A DNA stretch of 64,000 bases from NCBI RefSeq assembly GCF_018977255.1, contig NW_024704742.1, positions 11,658,001 through 11,722,000 on the forward strand, given 5' to 3'. Position numbers and translations under genes: made by a program. The notes beneath the pieces are model-generated. The model was not told where the DNA came from. It made no database searches and was given only the letters and a program-made list of their open reading frames with translations. The stretch is from Callorhinchus milii (taxonomy: Eukaryota). Positions 10,830 through 24,198 of this stretch are shown piece after piece (position 1 is the stretch's first letter; every line of letters begins with the position of its first letter).

Positions 10830-11132
10830 GCGCACGCGGGGACCGGGAGCGAGCGGTCAGGTGGATGGCATTATCCCGCAGATTGGGGCAGCGAACCCAA
10901 CAGGACCATAGTGGGCTCTGATGTGAGCCCTGGGGGGGGGGGCGCGGAGGGTTTTTTTTTTTTTTTTTTTTTGCGCGCGCACTCACCTGAAAACTAATCT
11001 ATGACGTCGCAGTTCCCCCGCTCCGTCCCCTCCCCTCCCCCCCCCCGGGGCTGCACTCGCTCCGGCGTCGAGTTTAAGTACCTGGGTCAGTAGGCCCAGG
11101 CTCCTCCCCGCGCTCTCCTGCCGCCGCTCCCC
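10830..11132 (-). promoter_or_regulatory. CpG-rich L2 5' UTR / putative internal promoter, antisense to ADGRL3
   Basis: High CpG content and a CRE-like TGACGTCG at 11002-11009 (perfect TGACGTCA at 53577-53584 in copy C). Confidence 0.5.
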
Positions 11133-12474
11133 GACCCACTGGTTTCCCAATTAAACGTTTTCAAAAAATTACATTGAACTTCAATTTGAAGGCCATGGTT
11201 TTAAGACTAGGTCAATTCAGGCCTCAAGTGTTACCCAGTGTTTTTATTTGATTTGTATTGGAAGCTGAGTTGTATTCAGTGAATGAGGACGATCGATAAT
11301 AAATCATCATGATTACGTAATGCTTCTGACTCACTGGAGAGCCAATGCGGCCCTTCAGGTACCCATTCAGCTGACTCTTAACCTCTGTTGCATAGGGTGT
11401 ATGTAACTCACTCGCCTCTAACCTAGGTTCAATTCCCGGAGACGGCGAAACGTTGGGCAAGTTTCCTTAATCCACACGCCTCTGTTTGCCTAGCAGTAAG
11501 TAGGCTGTTAGTTGATTGGCAGATCGCTTTTCTGAGGGTAATAATCCCTTCAAAAAAAAGAGTGCTGTTTCCATTCCACAATTCTAAGTGAATGATTTAT
11601 TTTTTGTGAGAATGCATGCAATTTATTTTCTCCTCCCATAGATTTTAAGAATGCATCTCTGAATAAGAGTGATTCTAACGTAAAATGTTCTGACTGACCT
11701 GTGAGCCTACAAAAATTATGCAGCTTGCATTTCTAACACTAAATTTAAATAAAATAACACATTTAATAACACATTTAAGTGATGCGCAGATAAAACCTTT
11801 ATTGCTGGTAATTTAATACATTCTATCAATAGAGCAGAGAGATGACATGAACCAGAGTGTGGGAGTGTGGAGGTGGAAAAAGACACAGTTAGTTTGACAT
11901 TTACTACTAAAACCAGTTAGATATTAAAATTAATTGAACTGAAAAGCAAAAAATATTAATTTTGCCTTGTGGAAATGTGAATTTTACTGCAGACAAGATA
12001 TGAAAATAATTTTTTGGGGGAAAACAATGATGTCACTGCAGGCTTTTGAACTTGCAAATTGGAAAAGTCATTATAAATTCACAGTAATTCAATAATGCTC
12101 TGTTAGAATGCTCTGTGCATCTTAATGCAGTTGCTAATATTTCATTCGTGAACAAACCACTGCCTACCGTATTTATATTTAACAAATAATATTCGATCCA
12201 TTGGTAAGTTCACTATCTTGAGCCATACAATAATAGTAATAACCACCCTTACGTTTGATACTGTGTTTCACATTGGGAGGACATCTCAAAGCGCTTCACA
12301 GGATTTACTGTAAAGTGGAGTGACTGGGTACTTTATGGGCGAACACGGCAACCAATTTGCGTACAGCAATGTCCCACAAACAGACATGATATGAAAAAAC
12401 AATTTAATTTGAGGGATTGATGGCCAAATACAGACCTGGAAAGGCTCCTGATTTAATTCCTTGCATGGCTGTAA

Positions 12475-15411
12475 TTGTTCTCCTTAAAGCAGAGAAGGTT
12501 GAGAGGAGATTTAATAGAGGTATTCAAAATGATGAGGGGTATCGATGGAGTACAAGAGTACATACAACAACAACAAGATTCCATTTATAGAGCGCTTTCA
12601 CGCCTGGAGGACGTCCCAAGGTGCTGTACAGTTGGGTCAGGACCCGAGCAAGGGGGAAATGGTCAGGGTGAGGGGAGGAAAGGGAGGGAGTGAGGAGGTG
12701 GTAGAGAATCGAGAGGGGAGCTGAAGGCTCGGTCAAAGAGAAAGGTCTTGAGACCGGCCTTGAAGGAGGAAAGGGAGGAGGCGGCGAAGGCACTGGGGGA
12801 TAGAGTTCCAGAGCCTGGGGGCTGAGAGGCTGAAGGCCCGGCCACCGGTGGTAGGGCGGTTGGGGCGGGGGATGTGGAGCAGACCGGAGCCAGAGGAACG
12901 GAGGGTACGGGCAGGTAGGTAGGGGGATAGTAGGTCGGAGAGGTAGGAGGGAGCAAGGGCGTGAATGAGGATGAGGATCTTGAAATTGATCCTCTGGGGG
13001 ATGGGGAGCCAGTGGTGGCGAGCGAGGGTGGGAGTGATGTGTTCCCGAAGCCTGGTGAGGGACAGTACACGAGCTGCAGAGTTCTGAATGACCTGCAGCT
13101 TGTGGAGGGAGGTGGCGGGAAGGCCGGCGAGGAGAGAGTTCCCATAGTCCAGCCTTGAGGTGATAAAGGTGTGGACCAGGGTTTCAGCAGCGTGAGGGGT
13201 GAGGTAGTGACGTAGTCTGGCGATATTCCGGAGGTGATGGAAGGCGGTGCCAGTTGTGGTGCGGATGTGAGGGAGAAAGGACAGCTCAGGGTCGAACAGA
13301 ACACCGAGGTTCCTGACTGGCTTTGAGAGGTGGAGAGTGCAGTCTTGGATGCTGATGCTGTCAGCGCCTGAGGTGCGGAGGCGCTGACGTGAGCCAATCA
13401 GGAGGGCCTCAGTTTTACGCACGTTGAGCTGAAGAAAGTTGTCTCTCGTCCAGGACTCGATGTGGACAGGCAGCTGTCAGGACATCGGTGGTCGTGGAGT
13501 TGAGGGTAGAGGAGGAAAGGTAGAGTTGGGTGTCATCCGCATACATATGGAAGTTAACCCCATGTCTGCGGATGATGTCACCAAGGGGGAGCATGTAGAG
13601 GGTGAAGAGGAGAGGACCGAGGACAGAGCCCTGAGGGACACTGCACGAGACAGTGCGGGGGCTGGAGGAAAAGCCGTTTGTGGAAACAAAGTGAAGACGG
13701 TGGGAGAGGTACGACCTAAACCACTCAAGGACAGGGCCTTGAAGGTTTAGGTTGGAAGTCAAGCGGTGGAGGAGGATAGCATGGTCGACCGTGTCGAATG
13801 CTGCCGATAGGTCGAGGAGGACGAGGAGGCAGAGGGAGCCCTGGTCACAGATGGTCAGGATGTCATTGGTGACCTTGACCAGGGCAGTTTCTGTGCTAAG
13901 GGCAGCACGGAAACCCGACTGAAGGGGTTCGAATAATAAATGGTTGGAGAGGAAAGAGCGCAGCTGGGAGGCGACAACTCGTTCCAGGACCTTGGACAGG
14001 AAGGGGAAGTTGGAGATGGGCCGGTAGCTTGATAGCTGCGACGCATCAAGAGAGGGCTTTTTCAAGGTGGGAGTGATGGTGGCAGTTTTTAAGGGAATGG
14101 GAACAGAGCCAGAGGAGAGGGACAGGTTGACGATGTCTGTGATATGTGGGGCAAGGAGGTGGAGCTGGGAGATAAGCAGTGGAGTTGCGATGGGGTCAAG
14201 GGAGGAGATGGTGGGTTTCAGGGATAGGATGAGTTTGGTGACAGAGGGTGGGGAATCGGGTACGAAAGTGTGTAGCGGAGGATGGGTAGGAGTCGGAGTG
14301 TGGGAGGGAGGGGGTGGGAGGTGGGTGGATGTTGGAGGGGAAGTGACCGCGGAGCGAATTCCCTTGATTTTGGATTCAAGGAAATCCAGCATCTCCTCAC
14401 AGTGAAGGTTGGAGGAGATGACCTGCGCGGGGTGGCGGGGGGGATGGAGGAGTCGGGATGTGGCAGAAAATAGTAGCCTGGGGTTGTTCTTCGCCTCCAG
14501 GATTATCCTGGAGAAGAAGGACGATTTGGCCAAGGCTAGAGTGGAGCGGTAGATTTTGAGGAGGTCCAGCCAGATTTGTCGGTGGACCGTTAGGCCAGAT
14601 TTGATGCAGGTGCGTTCAGCGGCCCGCACCTGGCTCTTCAGTGAGCGGAGGTGGGTGGTGAACCAGGGGGAGGAGCGAGTGTAGGAGACAGTATGGGAGG
14701 TGATGGGGGCAAGAGTATCGAGTGTGGAGGAGAGGTGTTGTGGAGGAGGGTGAGAGGAGGAGAGGAGTCAGTGAGGGTTGAAGGCCAGAGGGAGAGGAGT
14801 TCAGAGGACTCCAAGGCAGCGGTTAGGGATTGTGGGGGTAACTTCTTCCATGGGCGGTAGAAGATGGTGGTGGGTCTGGTGGAGGTGGGGAGGGGGCTGG
14901 AGATGGTGAAGGAGATGAAGTGGTGGTCGGAGACGGCCTTGTCGGTGATAGTGACATCCGAGACACTGAGGCCCTGGGTGATCACCAAGTCTAGTGGGTG
15001 GCCGTGACTGTGAGTGGGGGAGTTGATGTGGAGGGAGAGGTTGAGCGACGAGAGCAGGGAAGAGAAATCTGAGGAGATGGAGCAGGCGGGGGTGAAGTGC
15101 AGGTTGAAGTTGCCCAGGATGATGAGGCGATCAAAGCAGAGGCAGAGAGATGTAAGAAGTGTCGAAATATCGGAGATGAAGGTGGGAGAGGTTTTAGGGG
15201 GTCGGTATTGGAATGCATTGCCTGAAAGCATGGTGTAAGCAGATTTGATAGGGAATTGGATAAGTAATTGAATAAGAAAAAATTGCAGGGCTATCGGCTA
15301 AGAGCAAGGGAGTAGGGCTAGTTGGATCGCTCTTTCAAAGAGCCAGCACAGGCAGGATGAGCCAAATGGCTTCCTTCTTTGCTGTAAGATTCAATGATTC
15401 TATGATTCTAA
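12475..15411 (+). mobile_element. CR1 LINE 3' fragment (12475-12560 and 15207-15411) interrupted by L2 copy B
   Basis: FSLKQRRLRGDLIEVFKMMRG on the left; WNALPE, CR1 3' UTR and (ATTCTATG)-like tail on the right. Confidence 0.85.
12565..15206 (-). mobile_element. 5'-truncated L2 LINE, copy B, nested in a CR1 3' fragment
   Basis: Closely similar to copy A from the (CAA)n tail to the YRPP motif of the endonuclease; several frameshifts. Confidence 0.95.
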
Positions 15412-16769
15412 TTGGTCTGCCTTGAGTGAGTTATGGCAAAGGTTGGGACAGTGTAGTCCATCTCGGCACCCTTGGATTTGGGAGGGGGAAAAGTAAGGAG
15501 TTCTCACCCCTAATCATTACCCATCGAGCACTTATGTGAAAATCAGGCAAGACAAGGGTAAGCTTGCCTGTGAGTTTTCTTCCCATGGCTGATTGTCTTA
15601 GTTACGCTCAGTATCCTGGATTACACATGAAGAACGGCCATTTTCATAATACACTGAAGATCACCTAGTACCATGATATTACATCAACATGAATCTGTGC
15701 CTTCAGGTGAGGTAGAAGAGGAGTGAGATGAGTAGTGGTGGGGGGAGAGAAAGAAGGCAAATTGTTAGATATTTGATAGACCTGAATGCCTGTTGACTTT
15801 GACCTAACTAAACTTGACTTATTATTAATAGAAAAGAGAAAAGCTAAGGGATTTGTCTTAAATGTAGGGTTAAATGCAAAATGACATACTTAATTTTAAA
15901 AAAACATGTTGGAAAGAATTTTCCCTTTTAACGTTACAAAAGGGAGAAACGCTGGAGATGGAGTCACTGTTTGATGGTCCTGCAGTAACCAGATAAGACG
16001 GGTTAATGAATCGTGCATGATATAGTGAGAAAGTGAAATTCTCACTTCAAGCCAAGGTTTCTAATTACATTCTATTCAATCAATGGTGTGTTCTGGCAAA
16101 ATGTAGATGGTGGAGAGAGAAATGGGGTGAGAAGGGACTCCTCAGAGAAGTAATTATTCAATAAATAAAATGATTTAATGGAAATACTTTTGGAAAAGTG
16201 AGATCTTAGTATAATATGGCTTGTATATTGGGCTCAGTGATTTGTTCCACAGTCACTTGCTTTGGTATGCCACAACTGCAAACCAGCTGTGGGCTCATCT
16301 TTAATTTGATAGTGTTTGTACAGTTTGGAGTCTCTGAAGCTTAAGGGATCATTTTATTGTTTTACAGATTGGTTGGCAAATGTTTATTTTCTATGTTGTG
16401 AGTGAAGGTTTATTTTCCTTATGGCACTTAGTCATCNAAAAAAAACTTGTCCAAAAGCAAATTTCATTGCAGTGAAGATGCAATAAAAAGAAATCCTACA
16501 AAACTCTGCTTTTTGGGAATTCTTGGCTTCTACAGCCAAGAAAGAACAATTTGCTGTAGTCCCTTGGCTAGTCAGTCGCCATTAACAGTTTCACAGCAAA
16601 TTGATTCCAGGTTACAGCTGGTGTAGAGATGGATTAGAAAGTAAAGTGCACATTCTACAGACCACATAACAAATGGGATTCACTTCTTGTTTTGGTTGCT
16701 TTTATGCTTTTATCTTTCTCTCTCTGGGTACTTGTATTGGCAGGAATGTATTTCCCTGAATTCAAATCA

Positions 16770-17472
16770 TTCAGCTGGAATAATTTAGGTGTTAAGTTCG
16801 ATCCTCCATATCCCACATCCAGTCCCTGGCCAGGACCACTTTCCACCACTTCCATCACATTGCCCGCCTCCATCCGTACCTCATTCCAAAAGCACCAAAA
16901 CCCTCATCCATGCCTTCGTCACCTCCTGCCTCGACTACTCAAACACCCTCCTCACTGGTCTCCCCTGCTCCACAATTCACAAAATTCAACTAATTCAAAA
17001 CTCCACTGCCTGCACTATACTCTGTACCTCCATTACCCCAGTCCTTGTCAAACTTCATTGGCTCCTGTCATAGATCAGATCAATTTCAAGTTCCTCACTC
17101 TTGTATTTAAATTCCTTCAAGCCCTGCCCCTCACCCCCCTCCAACCTGCTCTCTCCCTACACCACTACCCGCTCCTCCGCTTGACTGGCTCTGGCCAGTC
17201 TTGTCCCCCGAACCCTCCACCCCACCATCGGCATCCATGCTTTCAGATACTATGTCCCGAAGCTGTGGAACTCTCTTTCTCAATCCCTCAGCTTTGCCCC
17301 CTCTCTCCCCATTTTCTGGTCATACTTAAAGTCCTTCCTCTTCGACCACGCCTATGGTTACATTCCCCCTCCCCTTGGCTCGGCATCGGGCTCCACCACC
17401 GTTAAGCACTGTGGGATCCCGCCTGGCGTGAAGGCCGATGTATAAATGCAAGTTGTTGTTGTTCTTGTTCTT
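16770..17472 (+). mobile_element. Degraded L2 3' fragment; further remnants near 23440-23830 and 33800-34060
   Basis: [12 protein letters not shown] and LHWL motifs; tail tataaatgcaagttgttg. Confidence 0.8.
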
Positions 17473-19562
17473 GAACAGATAAAAGGCATTAATAGATCTC
17501 AAGGTTGAATTGTAAGCACAAATGTCTCGGTCTAATAATATCAACTGAATCTCTTGTTTATGTCAGTGCCTTGTAGCTTTCCCCCCAGATCTGTTATTTT
17601 ACAATGGTATAATTGATAAGAAAGAAAACAAGCTATATTGCCGATAAAATTTAACTGGGCTCCACTGAAGCACATAATCTTCAGATAACTTCAAATGCAG
17701 CTCTATGACATTTGCCTGCGAAACTTGCCACCGTCATGTAGATTATTCTCTAGCAATTCTTTAATCTCATGAAATGGTAGATAAAGCTATTTATGTGTCT
17801 GTGGGCTCACATTGTGGAGCTGCTGTGCACTTGAATCTGCTAACTGTAGTTGTGATGAATTTCAGTGGTTCTTGTTTGGCAAGGTCGTTGGACACATTGG
17901 ATAAAATTAACTCACAGCTGGTCTTGTCTGCATTGTGCATTTCACACTTTTCTGCATGACTCCTGCAAATGCACACAGTATCCTGGGTGAGCTGTACATC
18001 CACTATAATGGAACAATACTTTCAATACAAAATAATACAGAGAGCAAATACACAAAAGCATTAAAACAAGACAGCACACGTAATGGGAAGACGGAAGGTA
18101 GAGCTGACATTCGGGTGGATGAGATAAAATAGGATGAAGGACTTCCTTGGGTTACAGTTAAGGGTTTAGGGTGATCATTCATTACTACAAGGGACTATTA
18201 ATGTGAGATCAATAGAATTGTAGAATAAGCTCTTTCGAGCACAGAAGAAAGCCATTCAGCCTATGATATCTGTGCTATCTCTTTGAAAGAGCAATCAACT
18301 CAGTCCCCTTTATCTTTTCCCCCACTTGAAAATAACTACAGACCTCTGGTATAATACATTCCTTTGCTATGTGGGTTTTGCTTTTGTGAGAATCAGGTGT
18401 GGACCCTGACATTTCCTCAGAAAAAAATCCAAAAATGTGTGCTCATTTTCAAACCTTGGTCAACTTATTGTTTTTGCTAAAAAATGATAGACTTCCTGCA
18501 CTCTGTGCATGTGTAGCATACAGGAAATGATGGTGGCAATTTGATAATCCAAACGTCTGCGATTTGTAGTGATGGAAGCTGGCCAGCTTTCTGCAAGAAT
18601 CGTTAGTGAATGTACAAGTGCTGTCTGGCAATCACACCCCATTATAACATAGGTTGGAATTTAATGGAGGCCCCTTTTTTTATTTAGATATTCATCTAGA
18701 AAGCTAATGTAGATCTTGCCTCCACTACCATTCCCGGTAGGGCATTCCACATCCTAACAACTCTCTTTGGGGGAAAAATATCCTCCTAACCTTGCCCATT
18801 GCTTGTTTGGTAATCATCTTAAATTGATGCCCTCTAATAACAATAATAATAATAACATTCCTTGTATTTGATATAGAGCCTTTTCATGTCTTTGAGACGT
18901 CTCAAAGCGCTTCACGCAATATACTGTAAAGAGAATTGGCTGTATGTTTCGTTTGTGGACGAAACGCGGCAGCGAATTGCACATTATAGTTAATAACTAG
19001 TCATTGACTCACTGCCTAGTGGAAATAATCTCTCTGTATCGACTCTATCAAAGCCCCGTATAATTTGAATCATTTCGATCAGGTTTCCCCTCAGTATTCT
19101 CTGTTTCTGTTACAATAGGCACAGCTCTTCGAGTCTCTTTTCACAGATCAATCCATCCATCCCTAGTATCATCCTAATAAATCTCTGAGCCCTCCCTGTG
19201 GCCCTGACATCCTTCATCAATTGAGGTGGACACAATACACTAACCTTTTTGTCCAATTAATGATTTATTAATTTTGCATCACCTGTTAAGCAACACTTGT
19301 TTGTTTTTTATAATCTATGTCTCTTTTTATAAAACCACAAATCCTATCACCTCGTTTTGTCCATCTGCATTTTCACCTTTAAAGATTAATGTGTTACCCC
19401 CTAGATACCTCTGCTCTTCAATTCCTTTTTTTAAACAATTACCAGTCTATTCTGAGTCTATGTTCTCCTGAAGTTGCTCACAATCTTCTTCACTGTGAGC
19501 AACACTACCTATTTTTGTACTACCTGCAAACTTTGTGCCCCTTATACCAGAGTCCAGATCAT

Positions 19563-19925
19563 GTGGAATCCTGTAACTCAATGCCTTGAAAGTAAGAGGA
19601 CCCGGGTTCAATTCCCAGCAGGGTGAAACGTTGGGTAAGTTTCCTTACTCCACATGCCTCTGTCTACCTAGCAGTAAGTAGGAACCCAGTTGTTAGTCAA
19701 TTGGTGGATCGCTATTCTGGGGATAATACCTTGAAAATAAATTTTAAAATCATTTGGTCACTCAATCCACGACTGTTTGTAGGACACTGCTGTGCGCAAT
19801 TGGCTGCTGCGTTTCATCCACAAAATATACAGTCAATTCACTTTACAGTATGTTCTGTGAAGCGCTTTCAGACATCTTGAAGATGTGATAAGGAGCTATA
19901 TCAAAGGCAAGGATTATTATTATTT
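19563..19925 (+). mobile_element. tRNA-derived SINE, long form; other copies near 11410-11560, 21210-21520, 25429-25795, 27035-27440, 27868-28240, 56448-56735, 59090-59290, 61865-62105 and 63505-63760(-)
   Basis: A box TAGCTCAGTGG, B box GGTTCAATTCC, central ttgggcaagtttccttactccac...cctagcagtaagtagg, Deu-like gtgggacactgctgtgcgcaattggctgc, L2-type 3' end and (ATT)n tail. Confidence 0.9.
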
Positions 19926-22008
19926 ATATTAAAAAAATCTGAAACAGACCTCGAGGGATACCACTCTTTAACTCTCTCCTTTCCAAATGGCAACAATGTA
20001 CTCCTACTCTCTGATTCGTCTTTTAAATCCGAATTTCAATCCATACTGTCACCTTTCCATTAAAGCCGTGCAGGTCTTGAAAGTGGGATTAATAATAAAG
20101 CATGCTAATGGAGATAAAGTACACAGGCATGATAACCTGAATAGCCTTCTCCTGTGCTGGAAATGTCTATGTATATAGAAGATCTACAAATGTCATGCTT
20201 TATACACAATGGAGATAAACCTTACACAGGGTGTAAAAGGCATATGCAGCAATTACGTTGGGTCTCGAGAGAATGAACTTTGAGAATTAGCTTATTTGCA
20301 TGTATTTAGTTTAATCCATACCTTTTGCATTCATTCAAACCAGTTTTACTGCTCGTGCCAGTTTATACACTTTATAATGATAATCTTTGATATAGTGCCT
20401 TTTACATCAGGAGGATGTCTCAAAGCACTTCACAGGATATACACTAAAATGTAGTTATGATATTTTGTAGGCAAAAGGAGCAACTGAATTGCACACAACA
20501 ATCTCCCCCAAACAGCCATGAAGTGAATGACCAAATTTTAAATGGAGGATTGTTGGCCAGGACATGGGAGGGAAAAACTCCCTTCACTTTCCATATAGCT
20601 TTGCCCTTTCTCACTCTAGAAAGGATTGAAATATCACTAACATTTCCTCTAGCTTTCCAAAAGTATTTCCTTGCTACAGCTTCTTGTTGACTGTTCCACC
20701 AATTATGAAATTCAATATTTGGGGATAATTATTTACTCAAAGTGGGTGGTAAGGGAAAGGGTCATACATCTCATTCAGGGGCATCATAGGAAACGTCTGT
20801 GGAAAATCACTGTGAACCGGGTTAGATGAGGAGACAAATATCATCTATAAGAAATAAAACATAAAAGTCTCATCTGGTGAAAAGCTGGTAAGATGACGCT
20901 ATTGAAACACGATAAAATTGTGATTTAAATCCAAATGTAGGGTAAAGAATGGAAAACTTATCACCTCTGGGACCCTGGTTTCAATCAATTCAGATTTATG
21001 GATTTATCATTTCCTGTTTCTGCAGCAGCTCGCTGAGTTTTATGCTTGGCCAATCTCAAACCAGTTTCTAGGAGGGCATGGGTCCACAACACAAAACTGT
21101 CTGCAAAAAGGCAATAGATCAACCAGCCATATCGCTCCAAGAGCAGGCTGTGGCGATAGCAAGTATGAAATACAAAATGACAAACCAAAATTAAATTTGT
21201 ATAGGGCCTTTCACGCGGCGAATAGTTGGGCAAGTTTCCTTAATCCACACGTTCTGTTTACCGAGCAGTAAGTAGGAACACGGCTTTTAGCCAATTGGCA
21301 GATCACTTTTCGGGGATAAAAATTTGTTAAAAAAATGAAAATAATAAGTTTAGTTACTCAATCCACAACTGTTTGTGGTACACTGCTGTGCACAATTGGT
21401 TGCTGTGTTTCACCTACAAATATGCAGTCAATTCACTTTACAGCATATTCTGTGAAGAGCTTTGAGACATCTCAAAGACATGATAAGGCGTTATATCAAA
21501 TGCAAGGATTATTATTAATATTATTCATGTTGGGGGACATCTCAAGGTAAATGGAAATAGTCACAGTAGTTTCGTTGTTTATGATCATTTCATTTTGACT
21601 AGAGTAAAAGGGAGCTTCACTTCACTTTTCTGTCCAGGACTTGACCTGGCAGTGTTAGCTGAAGCTAGCTGGCAGGACAAGCTGGTACATCCTGTTTGAT
21701 AACACACAATGACAAAAATGGGAAATTATATTTCCATTTAATAAAAATAATCCTTTTATTAGGTATAGCATTTGTCATGCTGGAGGATGTCTGAAAAGCA
21801 TGTATCAGGATTTACTGTAAAATGTAGTCACAGTATTTTTAAGCAATCCATAGATCTAGCTTCAAGTGACAATTTGCATTTATATAGTGCTTTTCATGCC
21901 AGGTAGAGCCTTCGAGAATTAAGTTCCTTATTAATGAACAGTATAGACCCATGATCATTCAGATAGAATGCACTGGTCACAGCCACTCAACCTGAACAGT
22001 CCTGACTC

Positions 22009-22915
22009 ACATAGAATTATAGAATTGTACAGCACAAAAAGAGGCCATTTGGCCCATCGAGTCTGTGCCGGCTCCTTGAATAGAGCAATTAATGTCAATC
22101 CCACTCCCCAGCCCTTTCCCCATAACCCTGCAAACCCATCCTCCTCAAATACCCATCCACTGCGTTTTTAAAAGTTGTTATCGAATCGGCCTCAACTACC
22201 CTTTCAGGCAATGCGTTCCAGATTCGCGCAACTCGCTGTGTGAAAAAATTTCTTCTCACCTCCCCTCTGCTTCTTTTAGATACTATTTTGAATCTGTGAC
22301 CTCGAGTCACCGACACACCCACCAGTGGAAACAGTTTTTCCCTTTCTAACCTATCAAATCCCCTCACGATTTTGAAGACCTCCATTAGGTCTCCTCAAAA
22401 CCTTCTCTGCTCCAATGAGAATAATCCTCGCCTCTCAAGCCTTTCCTCATAATCAAGGTCCCTCATTCCTGGTACCATCCTCGTAAATCTCCTCTGCACC
22501 CTTTCCAATGCCTTAACATCCTTCCTATAGTGTGGTGCCCAGAACTGGGCGCAGTATTCTAACTGAGGCCTAACTAGTGCTTTTATAGGTTAATCATAAC
22601 CTCCTGACTCTTGTACTCTGTGCCCCTAATTATAAAGCCTAGTATCCCATATGCCCTTTTTACAGCTTTATCTACCTGTCCTGCCACCTTCAAGGATACA
22701 TTTACCTGCACCCCCAGGTCTCTCTTTCCTTCAACCCCCTTAAGATTGTATTACCAGCCTATATTGCCTCCCCTCATTCTTTCTTCCAAAATACATAACC
22801 TCGCATTTCTCCACATTGAAACTCATCTGCCATGTGTCTGACCATTTTACCATTCTGTCTATGTCTTCCTGCAGTTGGCTGCTATCCTTCTCACTGTTTG
22901 CTATCCTACCTAACT
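22009..22915 (-). mobile_element. 5'-truncated CR1 LINE
   Basis: ORF 22095-22385 (TRGHRFK...FFTQRVARIWNALP) and a catagaat-type tail. Confidence 0.9.
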
Positions 22916-24198
22916 TTATCTATGCTCTCTTTTTGTTTAGCCAAATTGTATTTCAGTTTGTGACTCAGTCCTGCGAGCTTTCACTTTAGACACAAGTGCT
23001 ATGTTAGACTTCTTATTAAATACTAATTTAGGGTTGGGCTTGCGAATCACAGCATTGCATCCATCAAATCAAACTAAAGAGAGAGGTGGCAAGTTGGAGA
23101 GTTTGAGAGGGAGAGTTCCAGAGTTTTGGGGCATTGTGGCTAAAGACATGACCACCAATGGTGGAGTGGAGGGCACGAGGGAATATAAAACCTTCATTAT
23201 TTTATCACTCTGTGCATTGCATCTCAGTGCTTTATGAATGTTGAAGTTCATATTTACATATCAATGCTATTTGGAAAAGTTTATGGGGGAGAATTAATTG
23301 CAAGTTACACAACAAAATTTAAGGAGACAAATATTCTTTCAGCTTCACTTGAAGACAATACATCAAAAGAAAGACAACAGGACAATAGGAAAAAAATGCT
23401 TTTTCATTATTTCTTCTTACCTACAGCTTGTACTGATCTATGTCAATCACATCCATCTTTACCAGACTGCACTGGCTCCCTGTCCCCCATTGAATCAACT
23501 TCTTCAGGATCCTTGTGTTGACCTTCAAATCCCTCCACACTTTTGCTTACTCTATTTGTTCAATCGCTTCGCACCTACTCCTTTCACTCCACAAAGCACT
23601 GATGTGCATCACTCGCTCCCCCCAACCTGCCATCATTGCTGAACTTTCAGTGACTCTATATCCCTGCTATCCAGCATGCCTTCCCAAAATCCCTCTTGCT
23701 GCCTCTCCATCCTTGCTCTGTCGTAAAGTCCTGCAGAAAACCTGCCTCTTTAATCTGCCTTTGTTCCCTTTCCCACATTACTCGTTGTCCGACTCCTTGC
23801 CTGTAAAGCATTTTGAGGCAGTCAGTATGAAATGTGTCCCCATGTCTCCTTTATTTCCTGCTCTCCTGTCATCTATCAGTCTTCATGACTCATGCCTTCC
23901 TAGTCCTGGCACATTTTGCTTGTTTGCACTGCAAACTCTGTTCCCATTAAATCTGTCCACATTTCCAGTTCACTCTGAATCTAATCGCAGGCTGATATAA
24001 ATTCTCACGCACCAGAGTTCCATGTCTTTGAGTAATAACTATCTAAGTCGGTGCTTTTTCTGAACCAACATATTTACAGCTGACTTCCATCTGCCAATCA
24101 CCTACAAAATATAGTCATTAATTTCACAGTAAAAATCCTATGAAGCGCTTTCATACATTTTGTCTATGTGATAAGGCACTGCATCCAATGTAAGCATT

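Larger units (their letters stand above)
7379..11132 (-). mobile_element. Full-length L2-clade LINE, copy A (single-ORF type, APE + RT)
   Basis: APE motifs ([29 protein letters not shown]) and RT motifs ([31 protein letters not shown]). L2-type C-terminus (SRLDYGN, LHWLPI), 3' stem-loop tail with (TTG)n, and a GC-rich 5' UTR shared with copy C. Confidence 0.95.
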
